A stretch of 64,000 bases of DNA, from the NCBI GenBank assembly GCA_002708825.1, contig PAPF01000030.1, positions 59,365 through 123,364 on the forward strand. Reading direction: 5' to 3'. The position numbers and the translations under genes are program-made. Shown here one piece after another: positions 41,311-52,713 of this stretch (positions are counted from its first letter, which is position 1; every line of letters begins with the position of its first letter). This DNA is from Phyllobacteriaceae bacterium (lineage in GTDB: Bacteria > Pseudomonadota > Alphaproteobacteria > Rhizobiales > Rhizobiaceae). The notes below the pieces were generated by a model. It was given only the letters and a program-made list of their open reading frames with translations. It searched no databases and was not told where the DNA came from.

Positions 41311-41431
41311 GCACTTCTCCTCCCCTTCAAGGAGCGGACCGGAAAACGCGAGGACGGATGAAGAACCTCCAGGCCAATGCCCCGGTTGCTTCTCCGCCGC
41401 TTCGCGCCCTCCTGCCCGCTGATGGCTGTTC

Positions 41432-42610
41432 TCACATGGCCTCGAAACACATGGCGACACCCATGCCGCCGCCGATGCACAGCGTGGCAAGACCCTTCTT
41501 CGCGCCGCGCCGCTTCATCTCGAAGGCGAGCGTGTTGAAGATGCGCGCGCCGGACGCACCGATCGGGTGGCCGATGGCGATCGCGCCGCCGTTCACGTTC
41601 ACGATGTCGGGGTTCCAGCCCATGTCCTTGTTGACCGCGCAGGCCTGCGCGGCGAAGGCCTCGTTGGCTTCCACCAGGTCGAGGTCGTCGACGGTCCAGC
41701 CGGCCTTCTCCAGCGCCCGGCGCGAGGCCGGAATCGGGCCCGTGCCCATGATCTGCGGATCGACGCCGGCGGTGGCCCAGGACACGATGCGCAGCATCGG
41801 GGCGATGCCGCGCCGCGCCGCCTCTTCCTCGGTCATCAGCACGGCCGCCGCCGCGCCGTCATTGATGCCCGACGCATTGGCCGCCGTCACCGAGCCTTCC
41901 TTGTCGAAGGCCGGGCGCAGCTTGGCCACGCTGTCCAGGGTCACGCCATGCTTGATGTACTCGTCGTCTGACACGATGACGTCGCCCTTGCGGGTCTTCA
42001 GCGTCACCGGAACGATCTCGTCCTTGAAGCGGCCGGCCTTCTGCGCGGCTTCCGCCTTGTTCTGCGAGGCGACCGCGAAAGAGTCCTGGTCGTCGCGGGT
42101 CAGCTGCCACTGGCGCGCCACGTTTTCTGCGGTGTTGCCCATGTGATAGCCGTAGAAGGCATCGGTCAGGCCGTCCTTGATCATCGTGTCGATCATCTTC
42201 ATGTCGCCCATCTTCACGCCGGAGCGCAGATGCGCGCAATGCGGCGCCATGGACATGCTTTCCTGGCCGCCCGCCACGATGACATTGGCATCGCCCAGCG
42301 CGATCTGCTGCATGCCCACCGCGATGGCGCGCAGGCCGGAACCGCAAAGCTGGTTGAGGCCCCAGGATGTTGCCTCCTGCGGGATGCCCGCCCCCATGGC
42401 CGCCTGGCGGGCCGGGTTCTGGCCCTCGCCTGCCGCCAGGATCTGGCCCATGATCACTTCATCGACTTCCCTGGGATCGACGCCGGCGCGCTCCAGCGCG
42501 CCCTTGATCGCCACCGTGCCCAGCACATGGGCCGGCGTGTTCGCGAATGACCCGTTGAAGGATCCGACAGGCGTGCGCGCCGCGCTCGCCACGACAACCG
42601 ATTTCGACAT
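41432..42610 (-). CDS. phbA: acetyl-CoA acetyltransferase (beta-ketothiolase)
   Basis: 392 aa from MSKSVVVASAARTPVGSFNGS. Active-site LNQLCGSG. C-terminal thiolase signature GLATLCIGGGMG. Confidence 0.95.
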   Translation of the reverse strand: MSKSVVVASAARTPVGSFNGSFANTPAHVLGTVAIKGALERAGVDPREVDEVIMGQILAAGEGQNPARQAAMGAGIPQEATSWGLNQLCGSGLRAIAVGMQQIALGDANVIVAGGQESMSMAPHCAHLRSGVKMGDMKMIDTMIKDGLTDAFYGYHMGNTAENVARQWQLTRDDQDSFAVASQNKAEAAQKAGRFKDEIVPVTLKTRKGDVIVSDDEYIKHGVTLDSVAKLRPAFDKEGSVTAANASGINDGAAAAVLMTEEEAARRGIAPMLRIVSWATAGVDPQIMGTGPIPASRRALEKAGWTVDDLDLVEANEAFAAQACAVNKDMGWNPDIVNVNGGAIAIGHPIGASGARIFNTLAFEMKRRGAKKGLATLCIGGGMGVAMCFEAM

Positions 42611-42724
42611 GCTTCTTTCTCCCTTGGAAATGGAGCTGGATGGTGCCGCAACGTTTGACCGGGCGCGCGCCGATGTCAAACGAGACATTGGGCGCAAAGA
42701 CCTTGCTCGGCTGCGGTCCAATTG

Positions 42725-42795
42725 CCTGCTGCACCGCAATATGGCATTGCAGAGGGCATGCATTCAAGTTCGCACATCGTTCAATGCACTGCACA
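42725..42795. promoter_or_regulatory. TGC(A)-rich repeat patch in the phbA/phaR divergent region (candidate PhaR operators)
   Basis: CCTGCTGCACCGCAATATGGCATTGCAGAGGGCATGCA...AATGCACTGCACAAA holds at least six TGCA/GCA elements, including CTGC...GCAG. Confidence 0.35.
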
Positions 42796-42886
42796 AATCG
42801 CTTGGAACCACGCCCCTGTTGCGCCTATGCTGCGCCCGGGTCCGCCCTCGTTGGCGGCAATGAATGAACCTGTTTGAACCAGGGAG

Positions 42887-43513
42887 GTGGAGATGGCAGG
42901 CAAGAACGACACGGTGGTGATCAAGAAATACGCCAACCGGCGGCTCTACAACACCGGCACCAGCACCTACGTGACGTTGGAAGACCTGTCGGAGATGGTG
43001 AAGAAGGGTGAGGAATTCACCGTTCTGGACGCCAAGACGGGGGAGGACATCACACATACCGTGCTCACCCAGATCATCTTCGAACTGGAGAACAAGACCG
43101 GGCAGTCCATGCTCCCGATCCCCTTTCTGCGCCAGTTGATCGCCTTCTATGGCGACCAGATGCAGATGATCGTTCCCAGTTTCCTCGAACAGTCGATGAA
43201 CGCCTTCACCAAGGAGCAGGAACGCCTGCGCGCCCAGATGAAGCACGCGCTCGGCAACACGCCCATGGGAACCATGATGGACAACCCGACCATGAAGGCG
43301 CTGGAGGAACAGACCCGGCGCAACATGGAGGTCTTCCAGAACGCCATGCGCATGTTCTCGCCCTTCTCCGCCATGCAGGGCGCCCCTCACGGCGAACAGG
43401 CCGGCGGCAAGGAGGCAAAGCCGGAAGCGCGTGGCAAGGAAGACGATTCCAACCTCGCCGAACTCAAGGAACAGATTGCCGCCATGCAGCGCAAGCTTGA
43501 CGCCATGTCCTGA
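42887..43513 (+). CDS. phaR: polyhydroxyalkanoate synthesis repressor PhaR
   Basis: 208 aa. VIKKYANRRLYNTGTSTYVTLEDL is a diagnostic PhaR N-terminus. Confidence 0.93.
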   Translation: MEMAGKNDTVVIKKYANRRLYNTGTSTYVTLEDLSEMVKKGEEFTVLDAKTGEDITHTVLTQIIFELENKTGQSMLPIPFLRQLIAFYGDQMQMIVPSFLEQSMNAFTKEQERLRAQMKHALGNTPMGTMMDNPTMKALEEQTRRNMEVFQNAMRMFSPFSAMQGAPHGEQAGGKEAKPEARGKEDDSNLAELKEQIAAMQRKLDAMS

Positions 43514-43539
43514 CCGCGCGCGATGATCCGGAACAAAAT

Positions 43540-43577
43540 GGGGGCATCTGATATATCAGGTGCCCCCTTGTTTTTTG
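43540..43577 (+). terminator. Rho-independent terminator after phaR
   Basis: GGGGGCAtCTGATA/TATCAGgTGCCCCC stem followed by TTGTTTTTTG. Confidence 0.75.
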
Positions 43578-43699
43578 CGGCTGGCGTTTGCCTCTTCCGG
43601 AGGAGGCGGGCTCGTCCTGCCCCCAGCCAATGCCGGCCATCTGCGATTCGACGGCGGCGCTAACGCTCCGTCAGGTCGAGACAGCGCATGGAGGATGCC

Positions 43700-44152
43700 T
43701 TATCCGAAGGTGACGTCGCGGCCCGCGGCCCGCAGCGAGACCGTGAAACCGGCCAGCACGTCCACGAGCGAGATGACCATCAGGATGAAGAAGAGCGACG
43801 TCGCCGCGCCCTCGACCAGCAGGAACTCCACCAGATAGGCCACGAAGACGAAGGTGGAGAGCAAATGGTCGATCACGGAGGCATTGTGCGTGCGTGTCGC
43901 CTTGAGGATCTCGAGGAAAAGCAGCACCAGCGCGATGACCAGGATCAGGTCGGCGACCGTCAGTGTGAAGACCCCGCCCGACATCATGCCCATCGAGAAG
44001 ACAGCGCCGGAGAACGGCGCGCCGGCTGCGCCGAAGGCGCCGGCAAGGCCGAGATTGTAGATCAGGAACGGGACGATGAGCAGGGGAATGAGACCGAGCA
44101 CGGCAGGAAACCTCCGGGGATTCGCGGTGCGCGGATGGTGGTGCGCGCGCAT
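43700..44152 (-). CDS. conserved-looking integral membrane protein (unknown function)
   Basis: About 150 aa with 4 hydrophobic segments. The start is uncertain; ATG 44152 (MRAHHHP) was chosen. Confidence 0.55.
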   Translation of the reverse strand: MRAHHHPRTANPRRFPAVLGLIPLLIVPFLIYNLGLAGAFGAAGAPFSGAVFSMGMMSGGVFTLTVADLILVIALVLLFLEILKATRTHNASVIDHLLSTFVFVAYLVEFLLVEGAATSLFFILMVISLVDVLAGFTVSLRAAGRDVTFG

Positions 44153-44245
44153 CCCGCCGTCAAGCCGCAAGGACACAAACGAAAACCGGCCGCCCCGAGA
44201 GCAGCCGGTCCGCAATGAACTTCCGTCGCCGCCAGGGCGCCGGCG

Positions 44246-44425
44246 TTATTCCTTGGCTTCCAGGATCTGGCGGCCGCGATACATGCCGGTCTTCAGGTCG
44301 ACATGATGCGGGCGGCGCAGTTCGCCGGAATTCTTGTCCTCGACATAGGTCGGGGTCTTGAGCGCGTCGGCCGAGCGGCGCATGCCACGCTTCGACGGCG
44401 ACACTTTTCTTTTCGGTACAGCCAT
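44246..44425 (-). CDS. rpmF: 50S ribosomal protein L32
   Basis: Not in the ORF track (59 aa). Manual translation gives [59 protein letters not shown]. Confidence 0.93.
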   Translation of the reverse strand: MAVPKRKVSPSKRGMRRSADALKTPTYVEDKNSGELRRPHHVDLKTGMYRGRQILEAKE

Positions 44426-44571
44426 GTTTCTACTCCGGTAAAGCCAGACAAGCCAGCCGCATCACGCCCCGTCGGAGCGGCGGTCCGGCCTTCGAGTCCT
44501 GAAATCCGGGGTGCCTATACACGGCTGCAAGCGGTTTGACCAGCATCCCGGCCAAAAAAAGTGGCGGTCCC

Positions 44572-45342
44572 TCACTCGATGCGCACGCAGTCGACATATC
44601 CCCCGGCCTGTGCCGCGCGCCGCTCGATGACCCGCGCCACCCGCTGCATGCCCTGTGAGGGTTTGGAGGGAATGCGCGTATGGGGATTGGGCAGGGACGC
44701 CGTCAGCAACGCCGCCTGGCGCGCCGAAAGTTTCGCAGAGCTGCGCTGGAACTGCGCCTGCGCCCCGGCCTCCACGCCATAGACGCCGTCGCCCAGTTCC
44801 GCGATGTTGAGGTAGATTTCCATGATCCGGTACTTGGGCAGGATGGCGTCCACCATCACCGCATAGGGAATTTCCAGCGCCTTGCGGATATAGGAGCGGC
44901 CGGGCCACAAATAGAGGTTCTTGACCAGTTGCATGGTGATCGTGGAAGCCCCGCGCACCGCCTCGCCCTCCAGCGCATCGTCGATCACCTTGTTGAGTTC
45001 GGCGAGGTCGACGCCGTGATGGGTGCAGAACTGCCCGTCCTCCGACATGATCACCGAATGCACCAGCACCGGGGTGATGTCCTCCATGTCGGCCCATTGG
45101 CGCTCGTATCCCTTCAGCGTGACGAGATCGCGCAACATCAGCGTCGACACCGGATGCACGAAGGGAATGGCATAGAGCAGCGTGAGCAGCACCGGCATGA
45201 GCGCAAGCAGCACAACCGCCGCGGCGGCGCGCAGGCCCCAACGGCGCCAGCGGCGGGCCGGCCTGGCATCCGCCTTCGTCTCGCGCTTCGTCTTCTTCGC
45301 TTTGCTCGCCACGGCGCCTTTCCTGCAAACCTCGTCCGACAT
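44572..45342 (-). CDS. mtgA: monofunctional biosynthetic peptidoglycan transglycosylase
   Basis: 256 aa from [10 protein letters not shown]51 motifs [11 protein letters not shown] and [13 protein letters not shown]. Confidence 0.9.
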   Translation of the reverse strand: MSDEVCRKGAVASKAKKTKRETKADARPARRWRRWGLRAAAAVVLLALMPVLLTLLYAIPFVHPVSTLMLRDLVTLKGYERQWADMEDITPVLVHSVIMSEDGQFCTHHGVDLAELNKVIDDALEGEAVRGASTITMQLVKNLYLWPGRSYIRKALEIPYAVMVDAILPKYRIMEIYLNIAELGDGVYGVEAGAQAQFQRSSAKLSARQAALLTASLPNPHTRIPSKPSQGMQRVARVIERRAAQAGGYVDCVRIE

Positions 45343-45427
45343 AACGCGCACCCGGCCGGGCCGCAATGCGGCCCGCGCGGAATGGTCCGCTTGACCCCGG
45401 CGATGTTTCATCGCATGCGCTTTTCCC

Positions 45428-46339
45428 ATGAGCGAGACACAAGAGTTCCAGCCGGCCCTTGCCCGGCATGCCGAAACCGTTGCCGGTCTGCTGGCACACC
45501 TTCTCGATACGCGTCCGCTGGACGGGGAGATCGCCCGCCCGGAGCGCCTGATGGCGGCCATGCGCCATGGCGCGCTCAATGGCGGCAAGCGGCTGCGCCC
45601 GTTCCTGCTGGCCGAAAGCGCCCGCCTGTTCGACAAGACCGGGGACGCGGTGATGCGGGTCGCGGCGGCCCTGGAATGCGTCCACTGCTACTCGCTGATC
45701 CATGACGATCTTCCGGCCATGGACGATGACGACATGCGCCGTGGCCGCCCCACGGTCCACAAGGCCTTCGACGAGGCCACGGCCATCCTTGCAGGCGACA
45801 GCCTGCTGACCTTCGCCTTCGACATCATCGCCGATCCGGCGACAGACCTGTCCGACGCGGTCAAGACCGCCCTTGTCCTGAAACTGGCCCGCGCAGCCGG
45901 ACCGGGCGGCATGGCCGGCGGACAGGCCCTGGACCTTGATGCGGCACGCGAACGTCCCGGCGAGGACGGCATCATCCGCCTGCAGGCGATGAAGACCGGC
46001 GCGCTCATCCGCTTTGCCTGCGAGGCCGGCGCCATCGCCGCCAATGCGCCGATGGCCGACCGCGAGCGCCTTGCCGCATTCGGCTCCGCCATAGGCCTTG
46101 CCTTCCAGCTTGCCGACGACCTGCTCGACCTGACCGCCGATGAAGGCACGCTGGGCAAGGCCACGCGCAAGGATGCCGGCGCCGGCAAGGCGACATTGGC
46201 CGGATTGCACGGAGCCGACTGGACCCGCCGCCAGCTTGACGCGCTGATCGAAGAGGCCTGCGGACTGCTTGCGCCCTATGGCGGCAAGGCCGCACTCCTG
46301 TCCGATGCGGCACGCTATGTCGCGAGCCGGGACCGGTAG
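45428..46339 (+). CDS. ispA: (2E,6E)-farnesyl/geranylgeranyl diphosphate synthase
   Basis: 303 aa. First and second Asp-rich motifs, [14 protein letters not shown] and QLADDLLD. Confidence 0.9.
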   Translation: MSETQEFQPALARHAETVAGLLAHLLDTRPLDGEIARPERLMAAMRHGALNGGKRLRPFLLAESARLFDKTGDAVMRVAAALECVHCYSLIHDDLPAMDDDDMRRGRPTVHKAFDEATAILAGDSLLTFAFDIIADPATDLSDAVKTALVLKLARAAGPGGMAGGQALDLDAARERPGEDGIIRLQAMKTGALIRFACEAGAIAANAPMADRERLAAFGSAIGLAFQLADDLLDLTADEGTLGKATRKDAGAGKATLAGLHGADWTRRQLDALIEEACGLLAPYGGKAALLSDAARYVASRDR

Positions 46340-46376
46340 GACCGCCGTCCGGGGCATCGCCGGCCTTGGCGACGCG

Positions 46377-46397
46377 TTAAGCCCGCCTTAAGGTTAA
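46377..46397. promoter_or_regulatory. TTAA-N7-TTAA (CtrA-like) box upstream of the hybrid kinase
   Basis: TTAAGCCCGCCTTAAGGTTAA. The second half-site is TTAAG rather than TTAAC. 50-70 nt upstream of ATG 46446. Confidence 0.3.
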
Positions 46398-46445
46398 TTG
46401 CGGAGTCTGGGGAAAAGACGATCCCCAAGCTCCAAGGCTTACCCG

Positions 46446-48953
46446 ATGTCGAAAGTCCTGACCCGTGCCTACCTGCGCACCAGGATCGTTCTGGCGATGG
46501 CGCTCATGCTCGCATGCGTCATTGCCGGCACGAGTTACGTCTATCTCAATACCGAGGCGACCAAGCGCTCGGCACAATTCAATGTCGTCATCTCCGAAGC
46601 GTCGAATGCGACCGAACTGCTGCTCTACCAGATCAGCCGGATCGATGCCGTGCGCAGGGATCCCGCGTTCAATTTCAAGCCGCCGGCCGAGCGGGAACAG
46701 GCCCTGTCGGCAATCCGCGACCAACTCGACGGCACGCTGGCACGCCTTCAGGACGCCTTCCGGACCATCTCGCTGAGCGAGGAAGGCGACGTCACCCTGC
46801 TGGAAAGCCGCCGTCTCACCATGGAGGAAAGCGGTGACAGCCAGGCAGGCCATGGGGAAGCCGGCGCCATGGAGGGTGCGCACATGCCCGATGCGCTGCG
46901 CGCCATCTGGTATGGCGGCGAGTCCGGATACCGGCTCCGGGATTCGCTCAAGGAAATCATTTCCCAGGCAAACCGCATCGGCCTCTACCGCGATCTTTCG
47001 TCGCCCGCGGCAGCACGAACCTTCCAGCAGGTCCGGACCCTGGCGGCGGACCAGTTGCGTCCCGGCCTGGCCCGCCTGAACCAGCAGCTTGGCGAGGAGG
47101 TCATCGCCGCCCAGGACGGATTGCGTTACGCCATGCTCGCCACGGCGGCGCTGATATGCATCGCCAGCCTCATCATGGGGCTTGCGATCCTGCTCCCGCT
47201 CGAGGCTGCCGTGCTGGAAGCACAGGACAAGCTGGCGGCATCGCGCAACGAGGCCGAACGGGCGCGCGAGGCCGCCCAGGCGGCGGACCGGGCAAAGTCG
47301 GAGTTCCTGGCCAACATGAGCCACGAGATCCGGACGCCCATGAACGGCGTTCTCGGCATGGCCGAACTCCTTGCCAGGACCAGCCTCGACAACCGGCAGA
47401 AGACCTTCACGGACATCATCGTGAAATCGGGCAATGCGCTGCTGACCATCATCAACGACATCCTCGATTTCTCCAAGATCGATGCCGGCCAGCTTGAACT
47501 CGACCCGGCGCCCTTCCGCATCGGCGAGTCGGTCGAGGATGTCGCCACGCTGGTTTCGGCGCGGGTTGCCGAGAAGGACCTCGAACTGATCGTGCGCATC
47601 GACCCGGCGCTGCCGCCGCTGGTCTCGGGCGATGTCGGCCGCTTCCGCCAGATCGTCACCAACCTGCTCGGCAATGCCGTGAAGTTCACCGAATCCGGCC
47701 ATGTCCTCGTGGATGTGACAGGCCAGGTCCGCGAGGGCGTCGCCCATCTGCGGGTTGCGGTTCAGGATACGGGTGTCGGCATCCCGCAAGACAAGCTTCA
47801 GACGGTCTTCGACAAGTTCGCCCAGGTCGACGGATCTTCCACCCGGCGCCATGAGGGAACGGGCCTCGGACTTGCCATCGCATCGCGGCTGATCGACCTG
47901 ATGGGCGGCGAGATCGGCGTCGAATCCGAGTTCGGCAAGGGCTCCACCTTCTGGTTCACCGTTCCGCTGCCGGTGGCGCAGACACAGGATACGCCGCGCA
48001 CCCTGCCGGTCGACGTGACCGGCGCGCGCGTCCTCGTCATCGACGACAACCCGGTCAACCGGTCGATCCTGACGGAACAGCTCACCTCCTGGGGTTTCGA
48101 ATCCGCCGCCGCCGAAAGCGGCCATGTCGGCCTCGCCTTCATCGACCGTGCCGCCGAGATCGGCATGGAAATCGACTGCATCATCCTCGACTACCAGATG
48201 CCGGGCATGAATGGCGAGGAAGTGCTGCGCGCCCTGCGCGGACGCGCCGCCGGCAACACCATCCCGGTGGTCATGCTCACATCCGTGGACCATGCCGATG
48301 TCGGCCGCATGATCGTCCGCCACGGCATCTCAGCCCATCTGACGAAGCCGGCCCGTTCCTCCCTGCTGCTCGAAACGCTCGTCGAGGTCCTGCAGGCCGG
48401 CCGTGCCGTGACCGGCACGCCCCCATCCCTGGCCGCCCTGGCCGGGACCGTGGCGGGCGTTCCGGAAGACCGGCAGCAAGCCGGAGCGACAGCGGCCGCG
48501 GCAAGGGAAGCCCCGGCGGCTGGCGCACCGCACGAGCGTCGCTTTGCCGGGCGCGAGATCGCGCCGCTCGATGTTCTCGTCGCCGAGGACAACGAGGTCA
48601 ACCAGATCGTCTTCACGCAGATCCTCACCGGTCTCGGCGTGTCCTTCAGGATCGCCGGCAACGGCCGTCTTGCAGTGGAGGCGCACCGCAAGCACAAGCC
48701 TGCCCTTGTCATCATGGATGTCTCCATGCCGGAAATGAACGGGCTGGAAGCCACCGCCCTCATCCGCCAGACCGACCAGACGACAGGCCGGCACACGCCC
48801 ATCATCGGCGTCACCGCCCATGCGCTCAAGGGCGACCGCGAGAAATGCCTGGAAGCCGGCATGGACGATTACCTCTCCAAGCCGGTCTCGCCAGACAAGC
48901 TGGCGGAGAAAATCGGGAAATGGCTGGGGGGTCAGCGCGCCGAAGTGGCGTGA
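46446..48953 (+). CDS. hybrid sensor histidine kinase with two receiver domains
   Basis: Two TM segments flank a periplasmic region of about 200 aa. H-box [10 protein letters not shown] and a HATPase domain. REC1 (VLVIDDN...[11 protein letters not shown]...LTKP) and REC2 (VLVAEDN...[11 protein letters not shown]...LSKP). Start taken at MSKVLTR. Confidence 0.9.
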   Translation: MSKVLTRAYLRTRIVLAMALMLACVIAGTSYVYLNTEATKRSAQFNVVISEASNATELLLYQISRIDAVRRDPAFNFKPPAEREQALSAIRDQLDGTLARLQDAFRTISLSEEGDVTLLESRRLTMEESGDSQAGHGEAGAMEGAHMPDALRAIWYGGESGYRLRDSLKEIISQANRIGLYRDLSSPAAARTFQQVRTLAADQLRPGLARLNQQLGEEVIAAQDGLRYAMLATAALICIASLIMGLAILLPLEAAVLEAQDKLAASRNEAERAREAAQAADRAKSEFLANMSHEIRTPMNGVLGMAELLARTSLDNRQKTFTDIIVKSGNALLTIINDILDFSKIDAGQLELDPAPFRIGESVEDVATLVSARVAEKDLELIVRIDPALPPLVSGDVGRFRQIVTNLLGNAVKFTESGHVLVDVTGQVREGVAHLRVAVQDTGVGIPQDKLQTVFDKFAQVDGSSTRRHEGTGLGLAIASRLIDLMGGEIGVESEFGKGSTFWFTVPLPVAQTQDTPRTLPVDVTGARVLVIDDNPVNRSILTEQLTSWGFESAAAESGHVGLAFIDRAAEIGMEIDCIILDYQMPGMNGEEVLRALRGRAAGNTIPVVMLTSVDHADVGRMIVRHGISAHLTKPARSSLLLETLVEVLQAGRAVTGTPPSLAALAGTVAGVPEDRQQAGATAAAAREAPAAGAPHERRFAGREIAPLDVLVAEDNEVNQIVFTQILTGLGVSFRIAGNGRLAVEAHRKHKPALVIMDVSMPEMNGLEATALIRQTDQTTGRHTPIIGVTAHALKGDREKCLEAGMDDYLSKPVSPDKLAEKIGKWLGGQRAEVA

Positions 48954-48963
48954 CCGGGCACGA

Positions 48964-49833
48964 TCAGCGGTTTCGCATCACGATGCAGGACCCGCCCGCT
49001 GCCCGCAATTGCTGGCAGATGATCTCCGCGTTGACGCGCTTGTCCGCACCGATCCGCACGGCATAAATGCCGCGCCGTCCGATCGCGGAACGCACGCGGC
49101 TGACGACCGGTTCGTGGTCTGCCAGCAGGGACGGAAACCGCCGCCTGAGCCGCTGCCATTGCCGGATCGCTGCGGAGCGGCGGAAATTGCCGGCCACCTG
49201 CACGCCCCAGGGCAGCGTGTGCACGCGCGCCATGGGAATGGTTGCTGCGGCGATCACCGGAAGCGCCCGGCAGGCCGCGTCGAAACCGAGTTTCCCGTCC
49301 AGCGGCCGGTTCGTGGCCTGGTAAGCTGCGTCGGAAAAACTGTCGGCTGGCTCGCCCAGGATCGAGAGCACGTAGTCCTCGGTCTCCAGGGGCAGGAAAC
49401 CGCCACTGGCGATCCAGCGGTTGAGCCGCCCCTCGCCGGCATTGTAGCCAATGGCCGCACGCCCGAGATTTCCGTAGGACGCCTTCATCTCCGCGAGGTA
49501 GGCCGCCGAGGCGGCAATGGCCTGTGCCATGTCGAAACTGTCGGCAAGGCCGCGCAGCTTCGCCGTTCCGGGCATGAACTGGGCGATGCCCTCCGCACCC
49601 GCCGGGCTCACCGCGTCCGGGTCGAAGCGGCTTTCCTTCCAGATCAGGCGTGCCAGGAAGTCGCGCGGCAGGCCGTGCCGGTCGGCGCTGTCGCGGATGA
49701 GGGTGCAGACCGTGTCGAGATGCGCTGCCTTGTCGGTATCGCCCGGCGCACCGGCCTCCTGTTGCGAGGCCAGCGCAGGCCCGGCCAGAAGCGCGGCGGC
49801 AAGGCCGGCGATGGCCCTACTCGGCCGCCGCAT
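48964..49833 (-). CDS. lytic transglycosylase (SLT domain) with C-terminal SPOR-like domain
   Basis: Signal peptide. SLT motif ESRFDP...[10 protein letters not shown]...AYNAG. C-terminus ...WGVQVAGNF...YAVRIGA. Confidence 0.85.
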   Translation of the reverse strand: MRRPSRAIAGLAAALLAGPALASQQEAGAPGDTDKAAHLDTVCTLIRDSADRHGLPRDFLARLIWKESRFDPDAVSPAGAEGIAQFMPGTAKLRGLADSFDMAQAIAASAAYLAEMKASYGNLGRAAIGYNAGEGRLNRWIASGGFLPLETEDYVLSILGEPADSFSDAAYQATNRPLDGKLGFDAACRALPVIAAATIPMARVHTLPWGVQVAGNFRRSAAIRQWQRLRRRFPSLLADHEPVVSRVRSAIGRRGIYAVRIGADKRVNAEIICQQLRAAGGSCIVMRNR

Positions 49834-51070
49834 GGCTCCCGCGCCCGAACCGCCGTTCGATGTAATCGGCCACCATCACCTGGAATTCGGCCGCGATGTT
49901 CGCGCCGCGCAGCGTTGCCACCTTCCTGCCGTCGATGAAGACCGGCGCGGCCGGCGTTTCGCCCGTGCCCGGCAGGGATATGCCGATATCGGCATGCTTG
50001 CTCTCGCCCGGCCCGTTGACGATGCAGCCCATGACGGCCACCGACAGCGCCTCGACGCCCGGATACTTCTCCCGCCAGACCGGCATGTTGGCGCGCAGAT
50101 CCTCCTGGATCGCCTGGGCAAGTTCCTGGAACACGGTGGACGTTGTGCGCCCGCATCCCGGACAGGCCGCGACGATGGGCACGAACTGGCGGAAACCCAT
50201 CGTCTGGAGCAGTTCCTGCGCCACCTGCACCTCGCGGGTGCGGTCGCCGCCCGGCTCCGGCGTCAGCGAGATGCGGATCGTGTCGCCGATCCCCTGCTGC
50301 AGAAGGATGCCCATGGCCGCCGACGATGCGACAATGCCCTTTGATCCCATGCCCGCTTCCGTGAGGCCCAGATGCAGCGCGTGATCCGAGCGCGCTGCGA
50401 GCATGGTGTAGACCGCGATGAGGTCCTGCACCTGGGACACCTTGGCCGACAGGATGATCCGGTCGCGCGGCAGGCCGATCTCCTCGGCGAGTTGCGCCGA
50501 CAGCAGCGCCGATTGCACGATCGCCTCGCGCATCACCTCGTTGGCCGTCAGCGGCGCGCCCTTCGCGTGGTTCTCGTCCATCAGGCGGGTGAGCAACTCC
50601 TGGTCCAGCGAACCCCAGTTGACGCCGATGCGCACCGGCTTGTCATGCCGGATGGCGGTCTCGACGATGGCCGCGAACTGCTTGTCCTTCTTGTCCTTGA
50701 AGCCGACATTGCCCGGATTGATGCGGTATTTCGCCAGCGCCTCGGCACAGGCCGGATGGTCGGCAAGGAGCTTGTGGCCGATATAATGGAAATCGCCCAC
50801 CAGCGGCACGTCGATGCCCAGCCTGTCCAGCCGTTCGCGGATGCGCGGCACCTGGGCCGCCGCCTCGTCGCGGTCGACGGTGATGCGGACGACCTCCGAA
50901 CCGGCGCGCGCCAGCGCCGCGACCTGCGCCACGGTTGCGTCGGCATCCGCGGTGTCGGTGTTGGTCATGGACTGGACGACGACCGGCGCGCCGCCTCCCA
51001 CCATGACGCCGCCGACAGGCACGCCGACGGTCTTCTTGCGCGGAAACGGATCGGAAAAATACTGCGTCAT
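49817..51070 (-). CDS. ispG: 4-hydroxy-3-methylbut-2-en-1-yl diphosphate synthase
   Basis: 417 aa from [17 protein letters not shown]. ...[13 protein letters not shown]...ACPGCGRT. The 3' end overlaps the SLT gene start by 17 nt. Confidence 0.95.
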   Translation of the reverse strand: MTQYFSDPFPRKKTVGVPVGGVMVGGGAPVVVQSMTNTDTADADATVAQVAALARAGSEVVRITVDRDEAAAQVPRIRERLDRLGIDVPLVGDFHYIGHKLLADHPACAEALAKYRINPGNVGFKDKKDKQFAAIVETAIRHDKPVRIGVNWGSLDQELLTRLMDENHAKGAPLTANEVMREAIVQSALLSAQLAEEIGLPRDRIILSAKVSQVQDLIAVYTMLAARSDHALHLGLTEAGMGSKGIVASSAAMGILLQQGIGDTIRISLTPEPGGDRTREVQVAQELLQTMGFRQFVPIVAACPGCGRTTSTVFQELAQAIQEDLRANMPVWREKYPGVEALSVAVMGCIVNGPGESKHADIGISLPGTGETPAAPVFIDGRKVATLRGANIAAEFQVMVADYIERRFGRGSHAAAE

Positions 51071-51264
51071 GGCGAACCTGCCGGCCTTCGGGCGTGACTT
51101 GAGACCATGGATGTGGCCGTCCGCGTGCCGCTTGTCAACGGTGGCCGCGAAAGGTGACCGGGGCATGACATGACCGCGGCGGAACGAAACGAAGGCTGCG
51201 GAGTTGACGTCTCGCTGCGGTGCAATATTCTCCGCGCTGCATTGCAACCAGCGAGGGACACGTC

Positions 51265-52053
51265 ATGCCGATCAGCCGAACCGCCGTCATCACCGGGTCC
51301 ACCTCGGGCATTGGCCTGGGCGTGGCCCATGCCCTTGCGGCCAGCGGGTGCAACGTGGTCGTCAATTCCTTCTCCGGCAGTGACGAGGACCACTCCGCGG
51401 CCGCCGCCATCGCTGACGCCCACGGGGTGAAGGCGATCTATGTCCAGGCCGACATGGCCAAGCCGGACCAGTGCCGCGGCCTGATCGAAAAGGCCGCCAG
51501 CACGTTCGGCACCGTCGACATTCTCGTCAACAATGCCGGCATCCAGCACGTGGCAAGGATCGAGGATTTCCCGCCCGCGAAATGGGATGCCATCATCGCC
51601 ATCAACCTCTCCTCCGCCTTTCACACCATCGCTGCCGTGGCGCCGATGATGAAGGAGGCCGGCTGGGGCCGCATCATCAACATCGCATCGGCCCATGGCC
51701 TGACCGCCTCGCCCTACAAGTCGGCCTATGTCGCCGCCAAGCACGGCATAGTCGGCCTGACGAAGACCGTGGCGCTCGAAATGGCCGATGCGCGTGTCGC
51801 GGTCACCTGCAATGCCATCTGCCCGGGCTATGTGAAGACACCGCTGGTCGAAGGCCAGATCGAGGACCAGATGAAGGCCCATGGAATGGGCCGCGAGGAG
51901 GTGATCGAAAAGGTGATCCTGCAGCGCCAGCCGACGCGCGAATTCGCCACCGTGGAGGAAATCGGCGGCACCGCCGTCTTCCTGTGCTCCGATGCCGCTG
52001 CCCAGATCACCGGAACCACCATCTCCATCGATGGCGGCTGGACCGCGCTGTGA
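51265..52053 (+). CDS. bdhA: 3-hydroxybutyrate dehydrogenase
   Basis: 262 aa from MPISRTAVITGSTSGIG. SDR YKSAYVAAKHG. C-terminus ISIDGGWTAL is typical of BdhA. Confidence 0.9.
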   Translation: MPISRTAVITGSTSGIGLGVAHALAASGCNVVVNSFSGSDEDHSAAAAIADAHGVKAIYVQADMAKPDQCRGLIEKAASTFGTVDILVNNAGIQHVARIEDFPPAKWDAIIAINLSSAFHTIAAVAPMMKEAGWGRIINIASAHGLTASPYKSAYVAAKHGIVGLTKTVALEMADARVAVTCNAICPGYVKTPLVEGQIEDQMKAHGMGREEVIEKVILQRQPTREFATVEEIGGTAVFLCSDAAAQITGTTISIDGGWTAL

Positions 52054-52077
52054 GCAACGGCCGGACCCGGTCCGGCC

Positions 52078-52662
52078 TCACCTCGTCCGGGTGAGTGCCG
52101 CCATCTGCATGGCGAGGAAACGCTCCAGCGCGTCCTCGCGATCCTTTTTCGCCTTCACGCGCATCTTCATCCCTTCCAGCCAGTCGGAAAGCTGGGTCGC
52201 CAGCACCGCGCCATCGAGCGGCGCCCGCGCCCCGGCCTCGTCATAGACCGGTGCCAGCAGGGCAACCTTGCGCGCCTTCCACCCGTCGAGCCAGCCGGCC
52301 GAGAGTCCGCTCTTCATGTCGATGAGTTCCGCGCCGTGCGGCGTGGCCTCCATCTGGGCCATCATGTCGAGGATGCCTTCGCGGATGGCCATGCCGATCC
52401 GCTCCGATACCGTTCCGGGCCGCGCCAGCGCGTCGCGCATGACGTCGAGCGACTGGTCCAGCATGGCCGTTGCGCCGGCTTCGTAGATATCCTGCTTGTT
52501 GCGGAAGAACTGGTACAGCGCCGGCCGGGACATGCCCGCCGCCTGCGCTATGTCGTCCATGGTCACGCGCGAAAAACCGTACGCCATGAACTGGGCGATG
52601 GCGGCTTGCAGGATGGCTGAGCGTTTGTCGGGCTGGATCGGCAATGTCATGAACTGAATCAT
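52078..52662 (-). CDS. TetR/AcrR family transcriptional regulator
   Basis: HTH ...FSRVTMDDIAQAAGMSRPALYQFFRNKQDIY. Start ATG at 52662 or 52650. Confidence 0.88.
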   Translation of the reverse strand: MIQFMTLPIQPDKRSAILQAAIAQFMAYGFSRVTMDDIAQAAGMSRPALYQFFRNKQDIYEAGATAMLDQSLDVMRDALARPGTVSERIGMAIREGILDMMAQMEATPHGAELIDMKSGLSAGWLDGWKARKVALLAPVYDEAGARAPLDGAVLATQLSDWLEGMKMRVKAKKDREDALERFLAMQMAALTRTR

Positions 52663-52679
52663 AAACCTCCGGAGGCACG

Positions 52680-52713
52680 TTGACAATCTGACATTTTGAC
52701 GAATAATGTCAGA
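52680..52713 (+). promoter_or_regulatory. promoter plus 9-9-9 inverted repeat (candidate TetR operator) for the oxidoreductase operon
   Basis: TTGACA (52680..52685), 18-nt spacer, TAATGT (52704..52709). TCTGACATT (52687..52695) and AATGTCAGA (52705..52713) are perfect inverted repeats spanning the spacer and the -10 element. Confidence 0.5.
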
